Shown here: in pieces, positions 43,497 to 56,594 of the stretch
Numbering within the stretch: position 1 is the first letter of the stretch
Layout of the letters: each line of letters starts with the position of its first letter
Source of the DNA: Amphiscolops sp. MND2022
Taxonomy: Eukaryota
Length of the DNA stretch: 64,000 nucleotides
Direction: 5' to 3'
NCBI GenBank assembly: GCA_964187785.1
Contig: OZ076409.1
Coordinates: 55,616,001-55,680,000 of the forward strand
Program-made: the position numbers and the translations under genes
The notes under the pieces: generated by a model
Told to the model about the DNA's origin: nothing
Database searches by the model: none
The model's input: only the letters and a program-made list of their open reading frames with translations

Positions 43497-45684
43497 CTGT
43501 CATTTAGACGAAAGCTCGTCAAGTGTGTTTGAAATCGCGGCACCCAAATGAATGGAAAGAAAGAAAAAGATGAACAACAAAAGTGTTTGTTAAACTGTTG
43601 AGTTTATACATTAACTCTAGTACTAACCATTCCTAGTGCTGAACGACCCCACCATACATAAACCTTTCGTACTCCTCAGTATACAGCGCTAAATGCGTTG
43701 TAGAAACACCAGTGATTTTAGTTATTAAGAAGAGGTCAAGTCGGAAGTAAGCCAACAGAGATTCTCAAAAAGAAACAGAAGAAAGCCTGATCGGTTGGAG
43801 CAAAATTTGATGGTCGCCAAGCGTTTTTGAGATAGAGAAGCCCTGAAACAAAACAAAACATCATATGTTAAAGTAATTTTATGTTCTTGTTGCCTATATT
43901 GTATAAGCTATTAATGAGTTGTAATCTTAAACTGTTTTACATGTCATATGTGTTTGTAGTAACCATACTAGTAACCCGTGCTTAAACCCCATTTACCGAG
44001 TGGTGTAGTAAAACCGAATGTATTTGAGCAGTAAGCTGAGACTTTTGTACTATTCGTTTCAATTTAGTCGTAAGAGACGACATTTTTTATACTCTGCTGA
44101 CACGTGAAGTCCTAAGATCAGCTACAGTGAAGGAGAAACCAACACATCAGGGGCGGTTTTAGGAGGCATGCGGGGGTGCGGTAGCATCACCCTTTTTTGA
44201 AAAAATATAGTGCCATTGCTCAAAGATTGAACTCTTCTAGGTTTAACTTTACTTTTTATATGTATGAAATAGGCGCTTTTCTAAGCAAAAAGCGTTTTCA
44301 CACAATCAGCATCCCCCTTAAAAATATTTTGAAACCGCCGCTGCAACACATCGTACCCCGTTACGTCGCAAGAAGTAGAGGACATGATAAACCAGGGTAA
44401 ACTAATCGAAAAGTTGAAGTTTAACAAAATCTACCAGATTTTAATTACGAGCAAAACAACAATAAATGCCAGAATACTATAAAACGCCGTTCAAAATTGA
44501 GCCATTGTTCCATGACACTAATACGGTATATTAAAATTTACATATTGACGTACTACCCCCTTTGGTAGTTGTTTTCTTACAGTTTAAGATATGTATGCGG
44601 TTTCCGCGACACATGTATAAAGATATGGTCCTATTTTCCACAGTCGCTTTCGTGGCCATCGAACAGCGAATGCTATTTTCGTGGAATCCAGGACAATATG
44701 GTCAAAATGGTGGAAACCTGGACAATACATTCAGATTTAAATATTGACGTAGTACCTACCCCCTTTGGTAGTTGTTTTCTTACAGTTTAAGATATGTATG
44801 CAGTTTCCACCACACATGTATAATGATATGGTTTCACTTTCCACAGACGTTTTAGGACCATTCAAGAACGAGCTCATTCGTTGAATGCTCATGAAAAATG
44901 GCAGTTGATAGAAATCTGCCAAATTTTGATGACAAGACAGTTATAAATAAATGCCACGTTTCCAAAAAATGCCATGCAAAATTGTTTTTAGTGTTTTCGT
45001 GTGACTAGGACTTTTGAGACCAATTTTGTGTTCATTACAAGTCAGAGAGCCAAAATCTGCCCATGATATTTTTCGTTAGGACAAAATACCGGCCTCTTAG
45101 TTTTTCAATATGAAGGAAGATTTTGTGAAAATTTGGCCCCTTTGGTGAGTATTTTTTACCAACGATTGGGATCAAAAATTTTCTGGTACAATTTCACGTT
45201 TGAATCACTTTTGAGACAATCTTCGTTGCTATTACATGTCATGATTGGAGACATAGTCATACTTACAATTTGAAGTTGACTCAATTGAAATATAAAGAAG
45301 TGGCTGAGAAGCAGCGAGGTTCTGATTCACGGTTCAATAGCAATAGCTGAACAAAGAGAAATTGTTGATCTCACTTGTCCGTAATTAAGGGTCTAATTAA
45401 TTGTTAGCTCAAAAAAGGTTGTTAATGCGTCTGCGTGTTCAGTAGAGAAAGCAAGTAATGCATCAAAGCCAATTTAAGTTTGAAAAAACGAGAAGGGATC
45501 GTGAGCAAAGGGGACTTTCCCTTTAGTTGAAATCTTTCAATGTTTGATGAAACTTCGGTTACCGGTTTAACCAGTCATTCATTTGCAATACTGCCTACCA
45601 AGTTCCAATTCTGCTCTTTTTCCTACCTTCAGTTTTCATCTTATAGTTTTCATCTCACCATAAGTTTTCATCTTATATCACAAA

Positions 45685-45924
45685 ATGCCTCAGTGCATGG
45701 TCTGCCACGAAGAAACACGAACGAGCCTCCACGACCAACACTTCCTCTGTGAGGAATGCCGCAATCGTTGGATTGAGGTGAAGGATCGCGACAACGAGCG
45801 CAGAGGGGTGACCCAGGCGAGACTCGAAGTTGCGTGCCCCCTTTGCAGGAAGAACTGTGTCTTAAGGAACGGGCCCAGTGGAAGCGTAAGAATCGACATC
45901 TTCTTCGGCTTTAGGATGCGCTGA
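45685..45924 (+). CDS. 79-aa RING-variant protein, copy 2 (S2P)
   Basis: Protein identical to copy 1 except residue 2. Confidence 0.65.
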   Translation: MPQCMVCHEETRTSLHDQHFLCEECRNRWIEVKDRDNERRGVTQARLEVACPLCRKNCVLRNGPSGSVRIDIFFGFRMR

Positions 45925-46998
45925 CTGTCATTTAGACGAAAGCTCGTCAAGTGTGTTTGAAATCGCGGCACCCAAATGAATGGAAAGAAAGAAAAAGATG
46001 AACAACAAAAGTGTTTGTTAAACTGTTGAGTTTATACATTAACTCTAGTACTAACAATTCCTAGTGCTGAACGACCCCACCATACATAAACCTTTCGTAC
46101 TCCTCAGTATACAGCGCTAAGTGCGTTGTAGAAACACCAGTGATTTTAGTTATTATTACAGTTATTTTTTAAAGTTACTTGGTCAGTAATTCTGTACAGT
46201 GCTAGTATGATATTATTGACTAATGCAGTAACCAATCATCGCATTGTGCGTAACTCCCCCCTAACTTCAAGTTCTAAGGTGGGAAGTGTAGTAGAGTCAG
46301 AGTTTAGACAACTCTTGCAATTTGCCCTTCATTTTTTTAAAAATTTTGCTATTTATTTGCCGCCCTTTATTTTAAAACTTTCCCCTTATTTGCTCTTTAT
46401 CGGGACGCGTTTGAAAACCAGGATTTAGCAAAGAAGTCAATTTCACTTCTTGAAGTGAAATGTTACAATAAATGCATATGTAATTCTCGATATTTGTAAT
46501 ATCAAAATTACGGTCCTTGGTTAGCAGTATAGGTAACATTTTTTTCAGAGAGAGTTTCGGCATCCTGCTCATGACACACTAACAATCTGAAATGGTTTGT
46601 ATGATATGTATCTCTGAGAAAGTCCTGTACACAAACTCACACCGACGCGTATTTCTAAGAAAAAAGGGTGATTCTATACGAAAAAGTACAAGATTCGATG
46701 TATTTTGCCCTTTTTGCCTTTTATTGAAATTTTTGCACCTAACCTTAATTTCTGCCCTTTTAGCCCCTTTTGCCTGTTTTGATCGCCTTACTCATGAACT
46801 TAATTGATGATAAAATAGAAGTGCGAAAACAATTAAAATGACAACCTGCCAAACTTAGCCAAAGTCGCGGGATAGCAGAAATTGCCATAACATCATTCAT
46901 CATATTATTTCACAGTTACTGCCAAATTCTCTTCTTCCGCCTTTAGTTCGTAGACGTTAACAACGGTATATTAAAATTTACATATTGACGTGCAGGTA

Positions 46999-47465
46999 TA
47001 GTAGTGTGATTTGGAAAACGTCCCCCGGGCGATTTCAGGCTCGATTTTCTCAAATTGGTTGCGAGTTTTGAAAAACATCAGAAGCAAAAGGTTCTTAGAA
47101 TTTTATCTAATTTACATTAGTATTTTTTTAAAAATTTCACAGACAAAAATTGAGAAAGTTACAAAGAGCTAATTTTGAGCAAAAGTGGGAGGTTTTGCCG
47201 TTTTTCTTTTTTTTTGACCGCTTTATCCACAGTTTTTTGGCAAGTTTTATGCTCAATTAACTCACAAAAATCTACTGAATCCATGGATGCATTTAGATTT
47301 CAAAAAGGATCAACCGTTTTTGAATTATGAGACTCAAAACGTAAAATTTCCTCAATTTGCGCGAATTTCACTTGATGCGCCAATCAGAATTGAAAGTGAG
47401 AGCAAATAAACATTTTTGAATGGCTGAGAACGTCATAGGGGGACGATTATTTAATCACAGTACTG
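46999..47465. mobile_element. Tc1/mariner-like MITE
   Basis: Imperfect TIRs TAGTAGTGTGATTTGGAAAACGTCCCCC / GGGGGACGATTATTTAATCACAGTACTG flanked by TA. It interrupts the CATATTGACG-TACTACCC repeat seen intact at 42744 and 44541. Confidence 0.65.
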
Positions 47466-47880
47466 TACTACCCTTTGGTAGTTGTTTTCTTACAGTTTAA
47501 GATATGTATGCGGTTTCCACGACACATGTATAAAGATATGGTCTTACTTTCCATAGTCGTTTTAGTACCATTCAAGATCTAGCTCATTCCTTAAATGCTT
47601 TTGAAAAATGGCAGTTGATGAATAATTGCCATATTTTGACAAAAAAGACAATTATAAATAAATGCCATTTTTTTAAAAAACGCCTTGCAAAATTGTTTTC
47701 ATTGTTTTCGTGAGACAAAGACTTTTTAGAGCCAAAATTCGTTACTATTGGAAGTCAGACAATTAAAATATGTCCAAAAAATCTTCCGTGAGGACGAAAA
47801 AGAGGCCTCTTAGTATAACTATTTTCTCAATTTATAAAAGAGGAAATGTTATATAGCAAATAACAAATCGTCCAATCAAA

Positions 47881-48020
47881 GGCGCTCTGGCCGAATGGTT
47901 AGAGCGTTGGCTTCCTAATTATGAGGTTTCGAGTTCGATTCTCTCCTACCACAAAATCTGCTCTTGACTGCTCTTTTTCTAGAAATTCAGTTTGAGATTG
48001 CTCTCTCTCTCTCTCCCACA
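47881..48020 (+). mobile_element. tRNA-derived SINE head or tRNA pseudogene (Arg-CCT-like)
   Basis: A box TGGCCGAATGG, D stem GCTCT/AGAGC, B box GAGTTCGATTCTC. Acceptor and anticodon stems do not pair; a (CT)n tract follows. Confidence 0.6.
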
Positions 48021-50027
48021 CACATCCCTTCTTTTACAGGTAAAGTGTACCGATAATACCTGTTCATACTATTGAATAAGTATTCTAACAAAAATGGTTA
48101 TCATCAAATCTCAATTGGGTATCGTTTAATATAGGTAGTACCACGAGTAATAAGTAGCAACTTGTAGTGTTTGTATGTTTGGACTTTTATCAGTATTCGT
48201 TTTCGCTTCCTTCGCCTTCGCTTCCTGTGGCTTGTGGCCCGTTATTTTTGTGATCATCACATTTTGCCCGAAGAAGTCCGTTTTTGTGCGGTTTAGCTCT
48301 CTCCCCTGCGCAGTTCTCGTTCAGCTGTCTGGACCTGGAAATGAGTTAGAATTTCTAAGAAATTTTATGCAGTTTACAAGAATGTTTGTTTGAAATTTCT
48401 GCGACAAAATGTACAAAAGTTTAAAATTGCAAATTTTGACAAAAATTAATCTAATTGGCACTTTTTTTTATTTTCACCAAGTTGAAAAAATTTACATATC
48501 AATGGAACTTGTTTTGATTGACACGAAAAGTCCCAAAGTACGAATAGAGATACTCATGACTGGTACCAAAATTGAAGCATGTCATCAAATAATGGCAGAT
48601 TGTGATGATCTGGCAGTTTGTTCAAAACTGGTACTAAACTTAAAAATACGAATACTTGTGTAATATAATATTCATTTTGCATGATCATTATTAGAAAGGC
48701 AGAAGAACTTAAATTAAATCAATTTTACATCGAAGGAAATTGTTTTGATTGACACGAAAAATCCAAGAAGTACGAATAGAGATACTCGTGACTGATACCA
48801 AAAATGAAGCATGTCATTAATAAATGGCAGATTGTGATGATCTGGCAGTTTGTTCAAAACTGGTACTAAACTCCGAAAATACGAATATTTTGTGTGATAT
48901 TGGTGTGTTTGTCTGAATCATTTTGAATTAATATACGAAAAGTAGTGCATAATATTATGTTTGTTCAGTCTTCCACTTGAATTTAATTCAAGAAGAGATG
49001 CCGCGTATTGCGTCAAGCATAAAGTCGTGGAATCCAGGAAATTTATGATTTCTGCTATCTGATTGGTTCATTTCGCAAAACTTACGTTTTTGTGGAATCC
49101 GGGACACCGCTGCATGCCGACAGTTCGTACAGCTAAGCATTTGTTACTGGAAATCACGAAACCGGAAATCCGTGGAATCCGGGACAAATGACGTAATTTG
49201 CCAATTTTGCACGGTTAAAGGTATGGTCGTGGAATCCGAGATATTGAAAGCACTATGTTGCGCTTTGAGCAAATAAGGCTCGCCTGTGCACTCTAATGGA
49301 TACTTTGGCCAAAACATGCTCAATTTGCCACGTCAGATTTGAACGAATTTTTGTCGATTTTTTCTGAAACTCGTTGCACCACAGGCTTCCGTTACAGAGT
49401 GAATATTGTGGAATTGCTGAAAGCAACATCCGAGTGTTTCACACCAGTTTACAACAGAAAATGTGAAAAATATACAAGAGGAGAAAAGATATCTCCATTG
49501 ACTAAGTTTGGAGAGGACTGACATGGAATTTTGGAATTTGGAAGCGAGTCATTCAAACAATAATGTAATCTCCTCCCATTGCCAAAAATTCAAGTAGGAG
49601 AAGTTGAAAATCGAGTACGTGATTTGGCGAATAGCTCCAAATGAAAAGTCAAAAACAGCAAGAAAACGATGATGGAGATCATCTCACTGACAATTTTCTA
49701 TATTTCATAATGTGTATACCCACATTGGATGGGGAGAGCCAACGTAGAGTAAAAACATTATCAATGTAAAGTCAACAATGTCATTCGACATGTACAATCG
49801 ACAATTGACATGATTAAAAAGTCCATCGATTAACGAATTCAATATTTTTATGCCGCTGTCTAATCACAATTATCGTCGAATCCTGAACAATATCACCCCT
49901 TTAAAAAACTCCAAACTATAACCTGGAGTGTTGACACTATAAGTGAACGTGTAGTCCACAATACTACAGCAAAACTAGCCACAAACGGTATCAACTTTTT
50001 CATGTAATGTTACAGCATGTAATATAC

Positions 50028-50576
50028 ACAGTAAAAAAGTTATTTGGCTTAGAGTCGTTTGACTGAATTTTCTTGCCGAGTCATTTGGCTCAAAATTTTT
50101 GAGCCAAATGACCACAGAAGTGAGCCAAGTCTATTCTAACTCAAGCAATAGCTTAAAACAAGTTATTGAAGACCAAAACTGAAATGAATTTTAACGAAAT
50201 AACGAAATGTTCAAGAAAGGGATGGTTGAAAATATATGAAGCATATTTGTTAGCGTCTTTGTTGTATGGCTCGGTCGCTCCGCTGCCTTCTCCAAGTAGC
50301 AGCATTGAAGCATGGCCGCGTCGATTCGCTCCTGCATTTAGGTCAATAGGGGTATGTGAACCTAGCTGACTACGTTATAATAATGATTTGGAGAAAATTT
50401 GCCATGCGTTTTTAACTTTTTGAGCCAAAACTTTTTGAACGATTTTGAGCCAAATTCATTTACGCCAAGTGACCATTACCCGAGACATTTGGCTTCAAAA
50501 TTCAGCCAAATGACCAAATGTATTAGGCTGAATGACTTTAAGCCAAATGATTTCAAGCCAAGTCACTAATTACCAT
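50028..50576. mobile_element. Possible MITE with inverted TTTGGCT/AGCCAAA subterminal repeats
   Basis: ATTTGGCTTAGAGTCGTTT on the left is inverted to GAATGACTTTAAGCCAAAT on the right; many AGCCAA copies. Confidence 0.4.
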
Positions 50577-51269
50577 ATACACATGTTTCACTTATAGCAG
50601 ACAAGTGTAATAAAATATATCCATGTGAAAATGAATAAAGTCATCTATTTATCAAGATATGTCTGCGAGTAATCAAAAGAACTTGACAAGATAAAAACTG
50701 AGTGTCCTGTAAATATTTCAGGTGTATGATACTTCTGAATATTATCACAAGTATCACGACTGAGAAGTATTGCTTTTTCCACACGTTTCACATTGTTCAC
50801 AGCATTCACAATTTTCATAATTTCGAAAAAATAGCTATTTAATCTGATATTGCTTCCTACTACTTCAACAATTCGCTCATGCTTGTTCCAATTCTACTTT
50901 AATGACCTGTTGATTTGAAGTATTTAGATCCTATTTGCACCTGTTCGAGTTGTTGTTCTCAAAATACAAAAATATATGTGATCATGTAAATCAAATCTAC
51001 ATCAAAGTCTTTCCATGAAAAAACAGCAATCTAAAGGAAAAAGTCGGATCCATTTCACTATGTCCCACTCATCATCCCCTGTTGGCTAATCGGTAATCTC
51101 TCATCGTATTCTGTCAATCAATTGATCTCGTCATAACTATCGACACTTTTTATTGGCTCTTATTATCAAAATCCCCATTCAGCCAATCAGAAGCGTTGTT
51201 AAACAGGAGCAGATCTGCACTATTAGAATGTGCAATACACGTGTTTAATAGTGTTTCACAATGTCCCCG

Positions 51270-53650
51270 CTTTTTGCTGGAGGGGGGACATAGTGAAAGA
51301 GATCCAAAACGTCTTGCCAGTCTGGCATCATGTCAAATCACGAATGCAATGTTGAGAAGTTACAAAAGGAACAGATCCTCAGCAAACTGTAAGTCCCTTG
51401 AACAAACTAGGGCTTAACGTCTGTCCTAGCCAATGGGGAAAGGAAACAATCGGACGGTGAAATGAAACCGAGAGCATTTGGAAGCAGATTTTTAAACAAC
51501 ACCGAAAAATCTTCTCAATTGGAGAATTCGAGTTGCTAGAAGTTGCCTAGGGATCTAAAAAATTGGGTTTTTCTTTTTACGGAAAGAAAGTAACTTTACA
51601 TACCGACCACCAAGCCCTAGAACCGCTAAATAAACGAATTAGAAGGAATAAATACTATAGCGCACGATTAACCAGATGGCGTGACCGGCTGGCACACTTT
51701 GGTAGTGCTATACAACACAAAGCCGGAAGCAATCTAGAACTCGCGGATTTTTTCAACAGATATCCCATATAGGGCGCTGCGACTAAAAACGTTTACGATG
51801 AGCAATACATGATATACAATCTGAAAGAACGAGCCCAATTATATTTGAAATACGGAGGCATCTTGGCAAGCTAATCACAAAAGGAATTGAAAAAGGCAAT
51901 GACACACGAGAACAATTTAATCAACCAATCAGAAAGCAGTAGAACAATCGAGAAAAACCGAAACGTGAACAAGCTAAAAGTACAAAGAGAAGCCAGTCCC
52001 AATAACTGTTTGGAAAAGTTCAAATGCGAACAGATTCAAACAGAGCGAATTACCATTACCGCATCATCAAATCAAAGTGTACCAAAATTCTTTCCACTGA
52101 TGCGAATCGGCCGAAGTCATGGAAGTCATCAGAAATACAAGGAAGAGTCCGGAAACACTACGGTTGGTGGAAAGAAGGCTGGATAGTGCTAGACCTTGAA
52201 CTATGAGAAGATATGACCAAATCACGCAGAGAATAATTTGGGTCCCAGCCACACTAAATAAAAGGAGTAGGAAAGAAATTGCGGAAACAGTCTGAAGCCA
52301 GCAGATTGGGTAGAGGCTACCAACCAAAAGCAGCAAACGGAAACGAACCACCGGAAGAGATTGAACCGGAACCCAAAGAACCACTAGAAGACACCGAAAT
52401 TGAAGGGGAAAGTCAAATTATCAGAGGCAATAGTCTGCCGATTGTCGACCTACGAAATTACAACACGGACGGAAAAGAAGCACACTACGTCCGAATAAAT
52501 CAAATAGTCGAAGCAGTAACTGAAGGGAAGAAAGGTTTCAACGGCTTGTCAATGAAGCGGGAGCTGACATTCGATGACGACAATATCAGTGTCCCGAACG
52601 AGCTCACCAAGAAACTTCTGGATACCCTTCACAACGGTGACGCCGGAACAACAAAAATGGCGGAACCAGCGAATCTTTTCTGGCGACCCAACTTTACAGA
52701 GGACATCGAAGAAAGCGTGTAAACGTGCGTAGCCTGTCTAGCATCCTTTAAGAATTAAAAATGCCAAAGACCGAAAAAAAGCGGAAATTAAAAACACCAA
52801 AACAAAAAATTACACTGGGAAAAAGAAATTGTAGTAGCGGTTGATGGATTTAACAAAAGGCCGACCGTGAAAATTTGCAAAACAAAAATTTCTAAAAACA
52901 AAACTTAACCTTTACTGAACTCCGGAATATATCAAATCGGATAAGGCGGACAAAATCGTGCCATTCTGATTGGTTCGATATATCTGTTTCAGCAGGAAAG
53001 CAGCCAAAAATTCCGATACACGTTACCAGAGAAGAAAATGGTGACGAGTCCTAATATTTGGTAATGGCAAAAACCAGTGCCGAAGAAAAAGCGGCAGAAA
53101 AGATACCGAGAAAGAAAGCTTCGTTTATTGAGTAAACTTTTCAATTAGTTGAGACTAATTTCAACAAGAAATCACCTGAAGGGAGATTCCAAAAGGAACT
53201 GAAAACCACAGTAAGCGGAACGGAACATACTGTAACCACCGAAGTCGGATAATTGATTCACTGAAACCATATTTCCGGACCAATTGTATTTCAGAACGAA
53301 AAAAAAAAGAAAGAAGTAGCCCCGCAAATCGGTGACAAAGAAAAACCGAAAACAGACACTGTTTACGCGGCGTAGACGTGAAGCACATTCAATGGAATAA
53401 AATATTACAAAATATTCTGATTCGAAAACTGAAAGCAATTCGAAACCGATTGCCAAAATCAGATTTGCCAAAAAAGAATAAAAACTAATAACTACCAAAC
53501 CCGAAGACGAGTTGAAACTACATACGGCGAAATGCATACCGGTGAGAATAAGAACGAAAAGATGATTACCGAAAATACTTTCACAAGGTAAAAATCGGGA
53601 ACGTAGACAACCGAATAAATACGAGGGGATAACATACACAAAAACTTTTG
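51270..53650 (+). pseudogene. pol: Highly degenerate gypsy pol fragment (RNase H to integrase)
   Basis: GKKVTLHTDHQALEPL..YSARLTRW..HKAGSNLELADFFNR (51563-51772) and LLDTLHNGDAGTTKM..FWRPNFTEDIE followed by CVAC (52279-52740). Confidence 0.75.
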
Positions 53651-53883
53651 GACATAATGAAGAAGGGTTTCGATAATCTGTTTCAGGATTCATCGGAAAA
53701 CCAGGAAAAATACCGAAACCTGCAGATTTCAAGAGAGAGCAAAGCCCGATGCCAGCCTCGTGAAATCTGTAGAAAAAAACACCCACGAGGTGTGAATGAT
53801 ATACGGTCCTCTGCTGATTCCGAATTATTCTGTTCACAAACTGTCAATCAATTTGATTTCAAAAGAGCCCATAGATTCGAATT

Positions 53884-54083
53884 NNNNNNNNNNNNNNNNN
53901 NNNNNNNNNNNNNNNNNNNNNNNNNNNNNNNNNNNNNNNNNNNNNNNNNNNNNNNNNNNNNNNNNNNNNNNNNNNNNNNNNNNNNNNNNNNNNNNNNNNN
54001 NNNNNNNNNNNNNNNNNNNNNNNNNNNNNNNNNNNNNNNNNNNNNNNNNNNNNNNNNNNNNNNNNNNNNNNNNNNNNNNNNNN
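53884..54083. other. Assembly gap (200 N)
   Basis: Run of N. Confidence 1.
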
Positions 54084-54607
54084 ATGACGACGCGTCAACT
54101 AGACTGCAACGGCGCGTGGTTGACGCATTTTATTTATTACTATGGCAAACAACAAATAAATATAGCAAGTATTTTCATGGGTCAACGTGACCTTAGGTCA
54201 AAACAATAAGATAGCTATTTTCATGGCTAAGTGATCGCTAAATTGGATTAACATTGACAATTTCATGTAAAACATTTTACATCAATCATAGTTTGAGTTG
54301 TTTTAGTTTCTACAAGGGGAGCACTCCGGGTGCGGGGTTCGTTTGGAAGTTTTCGGGCATGACTTGGTATAACAAACCGTCACAGGCGGCAGCCTGCGAC
54401 AACTCCAATTCAACAATTTGCTCTTTTTGAAACTCAAATTGATTGGTTTGAACTCAAATTCTTTCAAAAAACATCTTTAGATTCTTCAATGAATTCCATA
54501 TTTGCCATTTTGCATTCGTTATCCAAAAATAATAATTTCTTCTCTTTTTTATATCACGATCTCTCTGCATTTTGCCTCCGTAAAACCTTGGTTCTCCAAT
54601 TGAATGC

Positions 54608-54949
54608 TTGGAATTTTCGCGGGCTGTCAACACTGTTAACAAAATTTTAGAAACCAATTTTACTTCTATGGACTATAATTATAACTCATTAGGATTCAAA
54701 AATGTCAATTTCATTTCAAGGTGTTTAGATTTTCCCGACTTCGCCTTGGAAGGTGTTTCTATCACCGTTTGTGCAAAAAAGACCGGTTGCAGAAAATTTG
54801 GTCTCATAAGAAACGCGGGAATGGGAGAATGGACTTCAGTACGCACAAGTACTCCCAATGACGCCCCGGAGGGAGACCTAGTAATGTTGGAAATCCCAAA
54901 GGTCGACTGGGCACTTTGTGAAGTGAGGATCATCGGTCGCCTTGATTGA
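54608..54949 (+). CDS. Possible exon or relic resembling the C-terminal half of an F-type lectin (fucolectin/discoidin-like) domain
   Basis: V-x-F-x-SR...LEGVSITVC...GDLVMLEIPKVDWALCEVRI resembles the fucolectin LCEV ending. Resemblance by eye only. Confidence 0.3.
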   Translation: MEFSRAVNTVNKILETNFTSMDYNYNSLGFKNVNFISRCLDFPDFALEGVSITVCAKKTGCRKFGLIRNAGMGEWTSVRTSTPNDAPEGDLVMLEIPKVDWALCEVRIIGRLD

Positions 54950-55089
54950 AGGTACGCATGTGGCAGACTATGCAAGATATGAAGAATAATTCTCCACGAC
55001 CAACTACTGTTTGTCCGAAAACTACGATGGCATCTGAACAGTAAATAAAACAAGACGCCCGCGGACCAGCGGGATATTTTCCGCCTCAA

Positions 55090-55790
55090 ATCTATTCGAA
55101 AAAGACTACTGGACAACAAATTTGTTCCTTGTTGACTCTTTTCAACATTCCAATCTACGAAGTCTGTCGAAAATTTGACAAAAATTGCATAAAAAACTTT
55201 GAAAATTGGAAAATTTTGGGTTTTATGTCATTTTCGGTTTCAATTTGATATATTTTTCATTTAGAAAACAGTCATTATCTCTTCGGAAAAGCATACTGGA
55301 CAACGAATTCCTGCCATTCCTGTCACGTTAAGCGTTTTCAACATTCTAATCCACGAAGTCTATCGAAAATTTGACAAAAATTGCATAGAAACGTTAAAAT
55401 TCGAAAAATTTTGGAATTTTTTAATCATTTTTTTGGTAATTTTTCTTTTAAAAAAACCGCATTTATCTCTTCAGAATACTATTGGACAACGAATTCGTGC
55501 CTTGTTGAACGTTTTCAACATTCTAATCCACGATGTTTATCGAAAAAATGACAAAAATTGCATTAAAACGTTAAAAGTCGAAAAATTTTGGAATTTTTGT
55601 CATTTTTTTGGTAATTTTTCTTTTAAAAAACCGCATTTATCTCTTCAGAATACTATTGGACAACGAATTCGTGCCTTGTTGAACCTTTTCAACATTCTAA
55701 TCGACGATGTTTATCGAAAAAATGGCAAAAAATGCATGAAAACGGTGAAAATTGGGAAAGTTTTGAATTTTTGTCATTTTCGGGGTCATT
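55090..55790. repeat. Tandem repeat, about 4 copies of a ~180-195 bp unit
   Basis: Recurrent TTGGACAACGAATTCGTGCC..TTTTCAACATTCTAATC..GACAAAAATTGCAT. Confidence 0.85.
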
Positions 55791-56594
55791 ATGGGGTCAT
55801 TTCCGTCATTCCCAAAAAAGTCCAAAAATCTTTACAAATACATATCGCATGGAACTAAATTTATGTCAGTTGAATTCTGTGAATGTACTTCTTCATATTA
55901 CGTAAACAATAATTCTTGGCAAATTTTGTAAAAAAAAACCCGTTTGATTTAAATATTTTCCTTTCCCATATGAAATATGGGCGGAAAATAATCCTTTCCC
56001 ATATGAAATATGGGCGGAAAATAACAAGTGTTCAATGTACTAAGATTTATTGGAAACCAATGAATCATTATCTTAGTTGTTGCGCCATAAGTTGTTTGAA
56101 AGACTCATGACATAAATGGTGTAAACAATCATACAAAATATTAATTCAGTTTTTTCTAAAGAGGAATTTCATTGCTAACAATCAGTTTCTTCTTCATTGT
56201 TTATAAACGTTGTTATAAAGATTTATAAACATTGCTTACTATGGTAATCTTCATGTTCGGCGCAAGTTGGCGATTAATAGAAACTAATTTTCCATGGTTA
56301 AAAATTTAATAGTTTATAATACGAATATTGCATGATTCAGTTCATCAAAGTATCGAATTGTCTTTTTTTGGAATATCAGTGCTTCATTTTTTTTCCAAAC
56401 AAAAACGTGGATTAAATATTTTTTCACGAGGAAACGACTTTTTCTGTTGAAATAAACGTTCTTAACATGAAAGAGGTATTTTTCCATCCGTTTATGTCAT
56501 CCAAATTTTATTTCGAGTTAAGCATATTGAATATTCGAATCATTACAAAATTGATAATTATAAATGAAAAATCGAATTCGAGGTCTAATAATAG

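Larger units (their letters stand above)
41934..46154. repeat. Interleaved local duplication A-B-A'-x-B' (A ~41934-43035 / 43727-44830; B ~43041-43726 / 45484-46154)
   Basis: Near-identical ORF pairs 42400/44197, 42765/44562 and 43257/45685. Confidence 0.9.
40165..49293. mobile_element. Tc1/mariner-like termini enclosing 9.1 kb (non-autonomous or composite element)
   Basis: TA-CAGTGCACAGGCAAGC at 40163 and inverted GCTCGCCTGTGCACTC-TA ending at 49295. GTGGAATCC subterminal motifs occur at both ends, with shared ~240-bp tandem subrepeats at 40370-41220 and 48340-48890. Confidence 0.6.

Noticed and set aside
43680..43726. Helitron 3' end (hairpin TACAGCGC..GCGTTGTA) after the RING ORF
   Set aside because: No CTRR terminus at the expected distance and no supported 5' TC end.
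47881..47952. Functional tRNA gene
   Set aside because: Acceptor and anticodon stems fail to pair; only the A/B boxes and D/T arms remain.
53648..54209. ORFs spanning 53648-54209
   Set aside because: Artefacts of translating through the N gap.
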